From Massilicoli timonensis (GTDB lineage: Bacteria; Bacillota_I; Bacilli_A; Erysipelotrichales; Erysipelotrichaceae), in contig NZ_LT963433.1 of assembly GCF_900199515.1 (NCBI RefSeq), positions 210,001 to 242,000 on the forward strand: a DNA stretch of 32,000 nucleotides, in the 5' to 3' direction. The stretch's first letter is position 1, and each line of letters starts with the position of its first letter. Under the pieces are notes generated by a model. That model searched no databases. It was not told where the DNA came from and saw only the letters and a list, made by a program, of their open reading frames with translations. Of this stretch, positions 21,440-29,933 are shown one piece after another. The position numbers and the translations under genes were made by a program.

Positions 21440-21462
21440 TAAAAAGGACGATCGCCCGTCCT
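21440..21462 (-). terminator. rho-independent terminator of the MATE gene
   Basis: Stem AGGACG/CGTCCT with a 6-nt loop, followed on the minus strand by TTTTTAT. It lies 26 nt after the stop. Confidence 0.65.
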
Positions 21463-21487
21463 GATAGTTATTTCCTATACTTGTTCT

Positions 21488-22867
21488 TTACGGCAAAGCA
21501 ACAGCTTCCCCTGCCTTTTTTTGCAACGGCAGGTGCCGATGGATAAACCACATAAACCAGCCTACTAAAACGATGCCTTTCAGCACGCTGGATAAAGAGA
21601 TGCTCCACCAGACGCCATTGAGTCCCAGTGCCGTTTCCGCCAGCAGATAGGCAGTCGGGATACGCGCCGCCGTAAGCACGATGCTGACGATACTTGGCGG
21701 GATCGTTTTCCCCATCCCGCTGAAAGCACCGGCTGTTGTGATCTCAATGCACATAAACAGCTCAGAAACACCCAATATTCTCAGATAGTCGATTCCCATC
21801 TGCATGACCTCTTTCTCCGATAAAAAGATCCGAAAGATCCACTCCGGAAATACGATCAGTACAACGGAACAGAAAAGTCCCCACAAGGAAACGATCAGCA
21901 TGGAAGTGCGATAGCCTTTGCGCACCCGTTCATATTGTTTCGCCCCATAATTCTGCGCCACAAAGGAATTGACAGCCGCCGCAAAGCCTTCTGCCGCCAT
22001 CCAGGAAATGGATTCGATCTGGCTGCCTACCTTTTGCACCGCTACTGCGCCATCGCCCCAAACCGCGATCATACGCGCAATGATCATGGAGATCCCGGAA
22101 AACAGCATGCTTTGCAAAGCGCTCGGTAAACCGATCGAAACCATCGTAAGCACATGCTTTTTAGATGCGGCTTTCCATAAGCGCAGATCATGAAACATCG
22201 CCGTTTCTTTTCTGATCACCGCCAAAAAGATCACAAATACGACAAACTGCGCCAAAACCGTCGCAATCGCCGCACCGGCAACGCCCATCGCCGGGATCAT
22301 ACCGAAACCGAAAATAAACAACGGGTCTAATACCAGATTGATGAGCAAACCGATCGAAGTTGCCACAAAGGAAGAACGACTGTTCCCCATCGCCGTCAAG
22401 ATCCCGGTCAAGATCTGATTCATAAAATTAAATACGACCAAACCGCAGGTGATCTGTAAATAGATGATTGCATCTTGGATCACTGATGCCTGATTCAGCC
22501 GAAAAAAGCCGATCATCTGATCCGCCGCAAACAATGTAAGCACCCCGCACGCCAAAGCAAATACGATGCCCAACTGCAATGCCCCCTTGCTATACATACG
22601 CGCATCATCATAATTCTGTGCCCCCAAACTCTGTCCGACCTTTACCTGTCCCCCCATTTTCGCTAAGGTCGCCAAACCGTTTGACAGCCACATATACATG
22701 CCGGCAGCACCGACCGCAGCCACCGCTCCGCTTCCCACTTTGCCAAGCCAGATCATATCGATCATGTTATATGCCATCTGAATAAATGAGGTTGCCATGA
22801 TCGGTATCGACAGTTTCCCAAGCGCGGTCATAATATTCCCCTTTAATAAATCCACATGCTGGCGCAT
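21488..22867 (-). CDS. MATE-family multidrug/efflux transporter
   Basis: 459 aa with about 12 hydrophobic segments. The N-terminus LLKGNIMTALGKLSIPIMATSFIQMAYNMIDMIWLGKVG is typical of NorM/DinF-type MATE proteins. Confidence 0.85.
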   Translation of the reverse strand: MRQHVDLLKGNIMTALGKLSIPIMATSFIQMAYNMIDMIWLGKVGSGAVAAVGAAGMYMWLSNGLATLAKMGGQVKVGQSLGAQNYDDARMYSKGALQLGIVFALACGVLTLFAADQMIGFFRLNQASVIQDAIIYLQITCGLVVFNFMNQILTGILTAMGNSRSSFVATSIGLLINLVLDPLFIFGFGMIPAMGVAGAAIATVLAQFVVFVIFLAVIRKETAMFHDLRLWKAASKKHVLTMVSIGLPSALQSMLFSGISMIIARMIAVWGDGAVAVQKVGSQIESISWMAAEGFAAAVNSFVAQNYGAKQYERVRKGYRTSMLIVSLWGLFCSVVLIVFPEWIFRIFLSEKEVMQMGIDYLRILGVSELFMCIEITTAGAFSGMGKTIPPSIVSIVLTAARIPTAYLLAETALGLNGVWWSISLSSVLKGIVLVGWFMWFIHRHLPLQKKAGEAVALP

Positions 22868-23058
22868 TTGATCAAACTCCTTTCTTCGATTCCCTCTGTT
22901 TTCTCCATCATTTTTCTATGCGACTTATTGTAGCACATTCTTTCATAAAACGCATCAAGAACGAAAAGAGGAAAGCATGCTCCTTACTCGCTTTCCCCTG
23001 ATAAACAGATGCTTCACAAATCCTAAGCGTACCTTGCAACTGTTTGGTCGCTTTTCTT

Positions 23059-23685
23059 TTACGCAACGTGTATCTCACAATCACCGTTGATCTTTTTGAT
23101 CTTGCAGGTATGATCATAAGTCAAACTGCCGTCACAGTCGATTTCCTCCACGACACAACCATTTTCCAATACGATTTCCCGCGCACTGATCTTCTTGCAG
23201 GCCGTATCCGACGCATAAAGCCGGGTACACTCGATCATTTGGATCTGACAGCCGCTGTTTTCCTTCTTAAACAGGTTCCCTAGATGAAAGCTTTTGATCG
23301 ATCGTACGGCATTGACTTCGATCACATCTCCAACCAGTTCATTCAAATGAATGATGCCGTCAATAACGACTCGATCGGCACTTACTTCCCCATGATTCGT
23401 TAATTGACCGGCGATCTCGATCTGATTGGCATAAATCTTCCCATCATAGGTAGACATCAGCCCATCAACGATAAAATGATCTACCCGAATATCGCCTTGT
23501 ACCTTGCAAACACCATTCACTTCCAGTTTTTTGCCGCTCATCGCGCCGCTGCCATTACAAACACCGTCGATTTCCATATCACGAAATACAATATCACCGT
23601 CGATCTTGACAACGCCTTCCACTTCAATATCTTCATAAGTACCGGCGTGCAATGTGCCGATCGACTCAAATACGGTCTTTCCCAT
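23059..23685 (-). CDS. bactofilin-like (polymer-forming cytoskeletal, YhbE/YhbF-type) protein with a Cys-rich C-terminal extension
   Basis: 208 aa with an AAGGAGG RBS. It shows repetitive beta-helix periodicity (IEVEGVVKIDGDIVFRDMEIDGV...LEVNGVCKVQGDIRVDHFIVDG...IEIAGQL...VVIDGII). The start lies 1 nt after the upstream gene. Confidence 0.65.
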   Translation of the reverse strand: MGKTVFESIGTLHAGTYEDIEVEGVVKIDGDIVFRDMEIDGVCNGSGAMSGKKLEVNGVCKVQGDIRVDHFIVDGLMSTYDGKIYANQIEIAGQLTNHGEVSADRVVIDGIIHLNELVGDVIEVNAVRSIKSFHLGNLFKKENSGCQIQMIECTRLYASDTACKKISAREIVLENGCVVEEIDCDGSLTYDHTCKIKKINGDCEIHVA

Positions 23686-23686
23686 T

Positions 23687-24331
23687 TTACTGTTCCTCCT
23701 TTACGATAAAATGAAACTGCTCCTGATATTTTAATTTCATCTTTTTCGATACCTCCATGAGCGATACTTTATACAATTCTTCAATATGGGTATCGACATA
23801 TAACTTGATATCATTTTTGGCGATCATCAAGAACTTCATATCGTTTACCTGATACAGATGCAAAAGATAGCCGTCATGTTCTAGTTCTTTCACATAAGGG
23901 AAGATCCCTTCCGCAAGCTCCAAAATTTCCGTCTCACTCATTGCAAAGCGACGTCTGATCTCAGATAAAGTCGCCATGATCACGATTTCCAAAAAATTAA
24001 AACGGTCTTTTTCATAGGCGTCCATAAATCCGGCAATCAGATCTATCTCGATTTCCTCAAACACTTCCAGATCTTCTTCCTCAAACAGACGATTGGATAT
24101 TTCCGGCGATAAGATCTTTGCCAATTCATCTAAGGAATACTGATCCTTTAACCTTAAAATATCCCGTACTCTTTGCAAGATCTGCTCCTGTGGGAAAAAG
24201 GTTTCCTGTCCGGTCGGTGATGAGCGTTTGATAAACCATTCCTCCGGAATCAGTCCTTCGCGTTTCCAGCGATATAACTGCCCATAGGAAATACCGGTTT
24301 GCTTCAATAACTCTTTTTTAGAGATATACAC
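23687..24331 (-). CDS. YhbD-like DUF4004 protein (MerR-like N-terminal HTH)
   Basis: 214 aa with a GTG start after an AAAGGAGGGG RBS. The N-terminus reads SKKELLKQTGISYGQLYRWKREGLIPEEWFIK. Confidence 0.7.
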   Translation of the reverse strand: MYISKKELLKQTGISYGQLYRWKREGLIPEEWFIKRSSPTGQETFFPQEQILQRVRDILRLKDQYSLDELAKILSPEISNRLFEEEDLEVFEEIEIDLIAGFMDAYEKDRFNFLEIVIMATLSEIRRRFAMSETEILELAEGIFPYVKELEHDGYLLHLYQVNDMKFLMIAKNDIKLYVDTHIEELYKVSLMEVSKKMKLKYQEQFHFIVKEEQ

Positions 24332-24479
24332 GCACTGCCCCTCCTTTCATAACAATGTTTTATTATCTGAAACTACTATAACATAACATTGTTTCAATAA
24401 CAAGTGTTTTTTCGTTTTTCTTATTGATTCTCCTATCCCCGATCCATTCTCATTGCCTTATCCTGCTTCCCTGCCACAT

Positions 24480-24512
24480 AAAAAAAGGATCTCTTCGATC
24501 AGAAAGATCCTT
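24480..24512 (-). terminator. rho-independent terminator after the DUF1893 gene
   Basis: Stem AAGGATCT/AGATCCTT with a 12-nt loop, followed on the minus strand by a 7-nt T-run. Confidence 0.65.
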
Positions 24513-24550
24513 CTCTTTATTGTGATTTAGAATGCGGCTAACCTAAATCA

Positions 24551-24973
24551 TCATCGCTTTGCTTTTTCACAAAGGATCCGATAGCCTTCCTCAACATCCT
24601 CGATCTCCAGCACACTCTGTTCCATTGGGCACATGCCATCCCCTTTGCGGTTGATGACATAAGGCACCTCCTGCTCATAGAAGCATGGCACACCGCCTTC
24701 CTCTAACACCTGTTTTGCCAATGCAGAAATCGTAAACGTATGCAGTTCCTTGATCTTCGCATATCGAAACAGCATAGCCGCGGCTTTGCCCACGATACGA
24801 TCATAGATCACTGCGCCGCTTAGCTCCACCTCATCACTTTGGATCCATTGGATCAGCGGCAAGATCCCATGTTCCTTTGCCACATAAAACTGCTTTCCAC
24901 ACTGTGCGATACAGGTGTATGCTCCGCTTTTCAACCCCTCATAGTAAGAAAGGGGAAGCCTATTCCTCTTCAT
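24551..24973 (-). CDS. DUF1893 (TM1506-like) domain protein
   Basis: About 140 aa. It has GILPL...DRIVGKAAAML...ISALA...INRKGDGMCPME motifs. The ATG at 24973 overlaps the upstream gene's end by 14 nt. Confidence 0.6.
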   Translation of the reverse strand: MKRNRLPLSYYEGLKSGAYTCIAQCGKQFYVAKEHGILPLIQWIQSDEVELSGAVIYDRIVGKAAAMLFRYAKIKELHTFTISALAKQVLEEGGVPCFYEQEVPYVINRKGDGMCPMEQSVLEIEDVEEGYRILCEKAKR

Positions 24974-26099
24974 CAATGCCCCACGCCTTACGATCCATCG
25001 CTACCTGTTCTAAATGCGCTCTGATCGGCAAATGCTGCGGACACTTATTTTCACAGGCACCGCATTTTTTACAGACAGAAGCAAAAGCATTGCTTCGATC
25101 CAGCGATTGAAAACCATTTGCGGCTTGTTCCTTGTTTTCATACATTGCATAGGTATTCCATATTTTGAAGTTTCTCGGAATATCGACACCGAATGGACAC
25201 GGCATGCAGTAATTACAGCCGGTACAGCCGTTTTTCGTCTTGGCGCGAATGGCTTTGGCTGCCTCTTCCACTAAGATGCTTTCCCGATGATTCAATGGCT
25301 TGAACGCATGGAATACCGATAAATTGTCTACCACCTGCGCCATCGTCGTCATGCCTGAGAGCACCACTTTGACATTGCTTAAGGAAGCGATCCAGCGAAA
25401 TGCCCAGGAAGCCATGGAAGCGTCAGGATCATAGGCACGGAAAATACTTTCAATATCCGCCGGCAAATTGGCTAAAGCACCGCCTTTATTCGGTTCCATG
25501 ATCACGATCGGCACACCGCGTTCCTGCGCCAGATAATAGCCGCGGATCCCCTGCTGATGTTCCACATCCATGTAATTCAGCTGAATCTGACAAAAATCCC
25601 AGTCACGCGCCGTCAGGATTTCTTCAAATACTTCATATTCGTCATGAAATGAAAATCCCAAATTTCTGATCCTGCCTGCTTGCTGCTCCTGCTCCAGATA
25701 AGGAATGATCCCTAATCGCTTCACCAGTTCCCATTTTTCTTTATCCATTGCGTGCAGCAAATAAAAATCGACATAGCTTTGATCCAGACGATCTAACTGC
25801 TTTTGAAACATCTCCTTCACATCGTCCAGTGTTTTCACATCCCATAACGGCAGCTTGGTCGCCAGATAGTAAGCATCTCGCTTATATTTTTTCAATACTT
25901 TCCCCACAAAAGGCTCGCTCATCTGATTATGATACGGATAAGCGGTATCAATATAAGTTACCCCGTTTTCGATCGCATGATCTAACAGCGCTTCCGCTTT
26001 TTCTTCATCGATCGAACCATCTGCCAAAGTAGGAAAACGCATACAGCCAAATCCTAAAAGTGATGGTGTTTCCCCGTGTTTCATCGTACGATATTCCAT
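24960..26099 (-). CDS. aldo/keto reductase fused to a C-terminal 2x[4Fe-4S]-ferredoxin-like domain
   Basis: Start refined to MEYRTMKHG (ATG 26099, AAAGGAGG RBS). The AKR motifs are LGFGCMRFP and IDTAYPYH. The Cys clusters are CTGCNYCMPCP and CKKCGACENKCP. Confidence 0.85.
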   Translation of the reverse strand: MEYRTMKHGETPSLLGFGCMRFPTLADGSIDEEKAEALLDHAIENGVTYIDTAYPYHNQMSEPFVGKVLKKYKRDAYYLATKLPLWDVKTLDDVKEMFQKQLDRLDQSYVDFYLLHAMDKEKWELVKRLGIIPYLEQEQQAGRIRNLGFSFHDEYEVFEEILTARDWDFCQIQLNYMDVEHQQGIRGYYLAQERGVPIVIMEPNKGGALANLPADIESIFRAYDPDASMASWAFRWIASLSNVKVVLSGMTTMAQVVDNLSVFHAFKPLNHRESILVEEAAKAIRAKTKNGCTGCNYCMPCPFGVDIPRNFKIWNTYAMYENKEQAANGFQSLDRSNAFASVCKKCGACENKCPQHLPIRAHLEQVAMDRKAWGIDEEE

Positions 26100-26224
26100 A
26101 TTTCTTTGCCTCCTTTGCTTTTTTATTATTATACCGCAAATAAAATGCAAATGTCTGCAAAGATTTACGTTTTTCTCAAACCGTGATAAAATGCAATAGA
26201 AACAATCAGAAAGAAGGCATTGAT

Positions 26225-26911
26225 ATGGTATCGATCGGCAATGACTGGGATCATTTATTAAAGGATGAATTTCAAAAAGAATACTATCAGAAACTGCGTC
26301 GTTTCCTGATCTACGAATATCGTCACCATACCGTATATCCGGATATGTATGACATCTTTAATGCGCTTCGCTATACCGCTTATCAAGATGTCAAGGTCGT
26401 ATTGATCGGACAAGATCCTTATCATGGCAAAGGACAGGCACATGGCCTTTGTTTCTCTGTACAGAAAGGCATTGCCCCACCGCCCTCTCTTATCAATATT
26501 TTCAAGGAACTGCATGATGATCTCGGCTGCACGATCCCATCACACGGCAATTTAACAAAGTGGGCAAAGCAGGGTGTTTTAATGTTGAATGCCGTCTTGA
26601 CCGTACGAGCCGCACAGGCAAACTCTCATGCCAATCAGGGCTGGGAACAATTGACCGACCACATCATTTCTTTGATCGATCAAAAGCAGACCCCGGTCGT
26701 CTTTCTGTTATGGGGAAGAAACGCACGCAATAAAAAAGCACTGATCACAAATCCACAGCATCTGGTCTTGGAATGTGCGCATCCAAGTCCTTATTCTGCC
26801 GACTATGGCTTTTTCGGATGCCGCCACTTCTCCAAATGTAATCAATTCTTAGCAAAGAATGGAGAAACGCCGATCGACTGGCAGATTGAATCAATACCGA
26901 TCAAAAAATAA
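26225..26911 (+). CDS. ung: uracil-DNA glycosylase (family 1)
   Basis: Start refined to MVSIGNDW. The motifs are GQDPYHGKGQAHGLCFSV, LLLWG-like FLLWGRNA and HPSPYSA. Confidence 0.9.
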   Translation: MVSIGNDWDHLLKDEFQKEYYQKLRRFLIYEYRHHTVYPDMYDIFNALRYTAYQDVKVVLIGQDPYHGKGQAHGLCFSVQKGIAPPPSLINIFKELHDDLGCTIPSHGNLTKWAKQGVLMLNAVLTVRAAQANSHANQGWEQLTDHIISLIDQKQTPVVFLLWGRNARNKKALITNPQHLVLECAHPSPYSADYGFFGCRHFSKCNQFLAKNGETPIDWQIESIPIKK

Positions 26912-26914
26912 AGG

Positions 26915-26948
26915 AGCAGTCGTATGATCACAATACGGCTGCTATTTT
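26915..26948. terminator. bidirectional terminator between ung and the convergent flavodoxin-fold gene
   Basis: An 11-bp stem AGCAGTCGTAT/ATACGGCTGCT (one G-U pair) with a 7-nt loop, followed by ATTTT. Confidence 0.55.
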
Positions 26949-26951
26949 CAT

Positions 26952-27563
26952 CTAGGTTTCTTCGATATCCATCGTGCGCATCGCGGCTTCACTGACACCG
27001 TTTTTCTCACCATAAGCGATCCAGTATTTGGTCGATGCCTTTACGAATAAAGAAGTAGGTAGCGGCATCGTTACTTTCTGCGATCGATACTGTTTGTTTA
27101 TGATTGCCTTTGCCAGTTTTTTGATCTCTTTGTTTACCAGAAAACGAAACGGTGTATTGAGGATTGCTTCCCCGCTGCCGATCTGTAATGATGAGCCAAA
27201 GGGAAAGCCGTTTCGCTTGCAGAACAGTTTTACCATTTCGATCGCAACATCATTTTGCGCATATTCTAAAAAGCCACAGTTGATCATGACCGAAATGATC
27301 GGCCGTTTGTTTGGCAAATGCGCTTCCCACTCTTTCAGAAATGATAGGACCGGTGTCGGCAGACTGTCCACATAGAGCGGAAATACCAGCAGTACATCAG
27401 AAAACTGCTCCATCTTGGCATATAATGCTTCGTGATTTTGCGCGGTGATCGTATCATACACGGCCATGCTGCCGCAGTTTTCCATAAACTGTTCCGCATA
27501 GGCTTTTGAGTTTGAAATCGGTGCTCTGGGAGAGCCGTTCAAGATCAGGATCTGTTGTTCCAT
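26952..27563 (-). CDS. flavodoxin-fold NAD(P)H-dependent oxidoreductase-like protein
   Basis: 203 aa with an AAAGGAG RBS. The N-terminus ILILNGSPR is typical of FMN-reductase/flavodoxin-like fold proteins. Confidence 0.6.
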   Translation of the reverse strand: MEQQILILNGSPRAPISNSKAYAEQFMENCGSMAVYDTITAQNHEALYAKMEQFSDVLLVFPLYVDSLPTPVLSFLKEWEAHLPNKRPIISVMINCGFLEYAQNDVAIEMVKLFCKRNGFPFGSSLQIGSGEAILNTPFRFLVNKEIKKLAKAIINKQYRSQKVTMPLPTSLFVKASTKYWIAYGEKNGVSEAAMRTMDIEET

Positions 27564-28063
27564 GCGTCAAGCTCCTTTCGCAGTGTTTCCTCTAATGCAG
27601 CTTCCTCACAGAAGCGGATACGGTACTGTTTGAAATTCATGTTTTTCGCATTGCGGGCGATCAGTTTTTCAAATACAGCTCTTTCTTGTGAACCATCGGC
27701 ACCATAGGCGATGATCAGCGCATCTTTCAAAGCGACCTTGCGCTGCACATGATGGGTTTCTCCATCTAATACTCTGAGAAACGCCTGCTGAATGGGAATC
27801 GTCCGCTCCAGCATTCTTTTCATGATCACGTCATAACCTCCATAAACAACATGAGTAATATAGACGAGTTGTTCACATGCGGCAATCAGCGGATAGACCT
27901 TAACGGCATCATCACGGATCACACATTTTCCGGGTGTCTTGGTCCAGCAGCCAAAGCAGCCCATACAGTTTTTGATCTGCAGCGAAGATAAATCAATAAA
28001 ATTTGTATCTTTCAGCTGCAGTGCATCGTATTTCAAATCAATATCACTTAAAATCAATCGCAT
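27545..28063 (-). CDS. flavodoxin-fold protein with a CxGCxxCW motif (iron-sulfur flavoprotein-like)
   Basis: Start refined to MRLILSD (ATG 28063, AAGAGGA RBS). It has the CMGCFGCW motif and overlaps the downstream gene by 19 nt. Confidence 0.55.
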   Translation of the reverse strand: MRLILSDIDLKYDALQLKDTNFIDLSSLQIKNCMGCFGCWTKTPGKCVIRDDAVKVYPLIAACEQLVYITHVVYGGYDVIMKRMLERTIPIQQAFLRVLDGETHHVQRKVALKDALIIAYGADGSQERAVFEKLIARNAKNMNFKQYRIRFCEEAALEETLRKELDAWNNRS

Positions 28064-28214
28064 CGTGTTTCCTCTTTTCTGATCATACATGAACAATTGC
28101 CTGTCTTTGTCTGATCTGTTTTTATCTTAAAAGATTATTTGCCATTATGCAACCTTTTTTACCATGACATCACTTTCCGCTTTCCCTAATCGGCGGCAGT
28201 GAGAAACTCCCATG

Positions 28215-28246
28215 AAAAAAGACGCATCCTCATCGAAAACGCGTCT
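28215..28246 (-). terminator. rho-independent terminator of the M50 protease gene
   Basis: Stem AGACGC/GCGTCT with a 15-nt loop, followed on the minus strand by TTTTTT. Confidence 0.6.
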
Positions 28247-28254
28247 GATGACTG

Positions 28255-28923
28255 CTAATATAAGCCAAACAAGTGGATGACCAGATTGCTCATCGCTTCT
28301 ACGATCGAATTGGTCGCTCCCACTAACGGTGCGTTCAGCAGACCGGAATATAATACCAGCAACAAGATCATACCGATATAAGGTTCCCACTGCATCAGCT
28401 TCAAGTACAGATCCTGCGGCAGCACACCGGCCAATACCTTAGAACCATCCAGCGGTGGGATCGGGATCAGATTGAATACGCCCAGTCCGACATTCAAGGT
28501 CGCAGTGTAAAAGCAAAGCGTGATCAGATAACTGACGATGCCGTTTTGTAATATGACATATACGCCAAACACAGAAAGCAGCGCCGCCATGATGACAAGC
28601 GATAAAAGCGCCATCAGGAAGTTCATCAGCGGCCCGGCCACGGCAGTCCACATCATACCGGCCTTGGGATCGTCATAATAGCTGGGATTTACCTGTACCG
28701 GTTTTGCCCAGCCAAAGCCAAACAACAACATACAAAGCGTACCGAGCGGATCTAAATGACGAAGCGGATTCAGCGACAGCCGGCCATCGCTTTTCGGTGT
28801 CGGATCTCCTAATTTATAAGAAACATAGCCATGCGCCAGTTCGTGCATCGTCATGGCAATCAAGATAGCGGGAACGGTGTAGATCAATCGATCGATTGAC
28901 AATGCGCTCATGATCGTACTCAT
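28255..28923 (-). CDS. site-2 protease family (M50) membrane metalloprotease
   Basis: Start refined to MSTIMSAL (GGAGG RBS). It has the HELAHG zinc motif and NLIPIPPLDGSKV, and it is polytopic. Confidence 0.85.
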   Translation of the reverse strand: MSTIMSALSIDRLIYTVPAILIAMTMHELAHGYVSYKLGDPTPKSDGRLSLNPLRHLDPLGTLCMLLFGFGWAKPVQVNPSYYDDPKAGMMWTAVAGPLMNFLMALLSLVIMAALLSVFGVYVILQNGIVSYLITLCFYTATLNVGLGVFNLIPIPPLDGSKVLAGVLPQDLYLKLMQWEPYIGMILLLVLYSGLLNAPLVGATNSIVEAMSNLVIHLFGLY

Positions 28924-29008
28924 ACATACCTCCTCATTGAACATTAGCATCAGTATAGCACAGGTCGTCTCGTTTTTCCACCCGTTCCGTCATCGTATCT
29001 ATGACGAT

Positions 29009-29485
29009 CTACTCATCGATATGCCCGATGACCTGATAGGAATCTTTCGTGTACTGCATGATCTCAATGCGATTGCCATCCGGATCATGGATCCACATTT
29101 GCCAAGTATGAGAATTACCGATCTTCGGTTCTACATCAATGTCCACCCCTTTTTCGATCAAAAAGGCCCTGGTCTTTTGAATATCCGCCACTACGACGCC
29201 AAAGTGAGAATACCCGATCTGTTCATTAAATGCGGGATGCGGTTTTTGGTTTAGCGATGCGGGATATAATTCGATAAACTGTCCCGGCGCTACCTCAAAG
29301 TAAACGATGCAATACGCTTCCGGTGTTTGCTTCGCCTGCTCATAATAGGGAGAATCAGGGCGATTCGCATACGCTTTGTATTTTACTGCCATTTTCATCT
29401 GACAGCCTAGTTTTTCATAAAATGCCATCGTGGCATGCAGATCCTTTGCGAAAAAAGTAACATGCATGATTGATTGAAATAACAT
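29009..29485 (-). CDS. VOC (glyoxalase/bleomycin-resistance/dioxygenase) family protein
   Basis: 158 aa. The N-terminus IMHVTFFAKDLHATMAFYEKLG and the C-terminus HDPDGNRIEI are typical of the VOC fold. Confidence 0.7.
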   Translation of the reverse strand: MLFQSIMHVTFFAKDLHATMAFYEKLGCQMKMAVKYKAYANRPDSPYYEQAKQTPEAYCIVYFEVAPGQFIELYPASLNQKPHPAFNEQIGYSHFGVVVADIQKTRAFLIEKGVDIDVEPKIGNSHTWQMWIHDPDGNRIEIMQYTKDSYQVIGHIDE

Positions 29486-29509
29486 AGCTTCACCTTCCTT
29501 TCATGAATA

Positions 29510-29917
29510 TCAAAATTCTGACAGCGTCTCTTCACTTTGATATCGATTACAGTAAACGATCGAACTCTGTACGTGCTGCAGCGCTGTTTCGATCACTTGG
29601 TCCAAATCATCATCCTTGCGGCAGACCAATTCGATCAGCAACAATAAATTAACCCCGGCAATCAGATAAGTATGCGGATTTTGCATATAGCGCAGAAAAT
29701 AATTATTGACACTTCCGCCAAACAGATCGGTCAAGATGACGACTTCATCCTCCTTGCTCATCTGCTTCATCAGCGCATCTACCTTTTCTTCTACATTTTC
29801 CGGCTTTAGATAAGTGCACAGTGTTAAGACCTGCTCTTGTCTGCCCATGATCAGTTCCAGTGAACTGCGCATGCCTTCCGCAAAATTTCCATGTCCGGCA
29901 ATAATAATCTTTCTCAT
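29510..29917 (-). CDS. PTS mannose/fructose/sorbose-family EIIA component
   Basis: Start refined to MRKIIIAGHGNFAEG (GGAAGGTGG RBS). The His sits in the AGHG context typical of EIIA-Man. Confidence 0.75.
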   Translation of the reverse strand: MRKIIIAGHGNFAEGMRSSLELIMGRQEQVLTLCTYLKPENVEEKVDALMKQMSKEDEVVILTDLFGGSVNNYFLRYMQNPHTYLIAGVNLLLLIELVCRKDDDLDQVIETALQHVQSSIVYCNRYQSEETLSEF

Positions 29918-29933
29918 CTTATCCACCTTCCCA

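Noticed and set aside
22908-23117. 69-aa minus-strand ORF between the MATE and bactofilin-like genes; also 28145-28390 (81 aa) and 10495-10761 (88 aa)
   Set aside because: They overlap the ends or terminators of better-supported genes, lack an RBS, and have atypical basic, Cys-rich composition.
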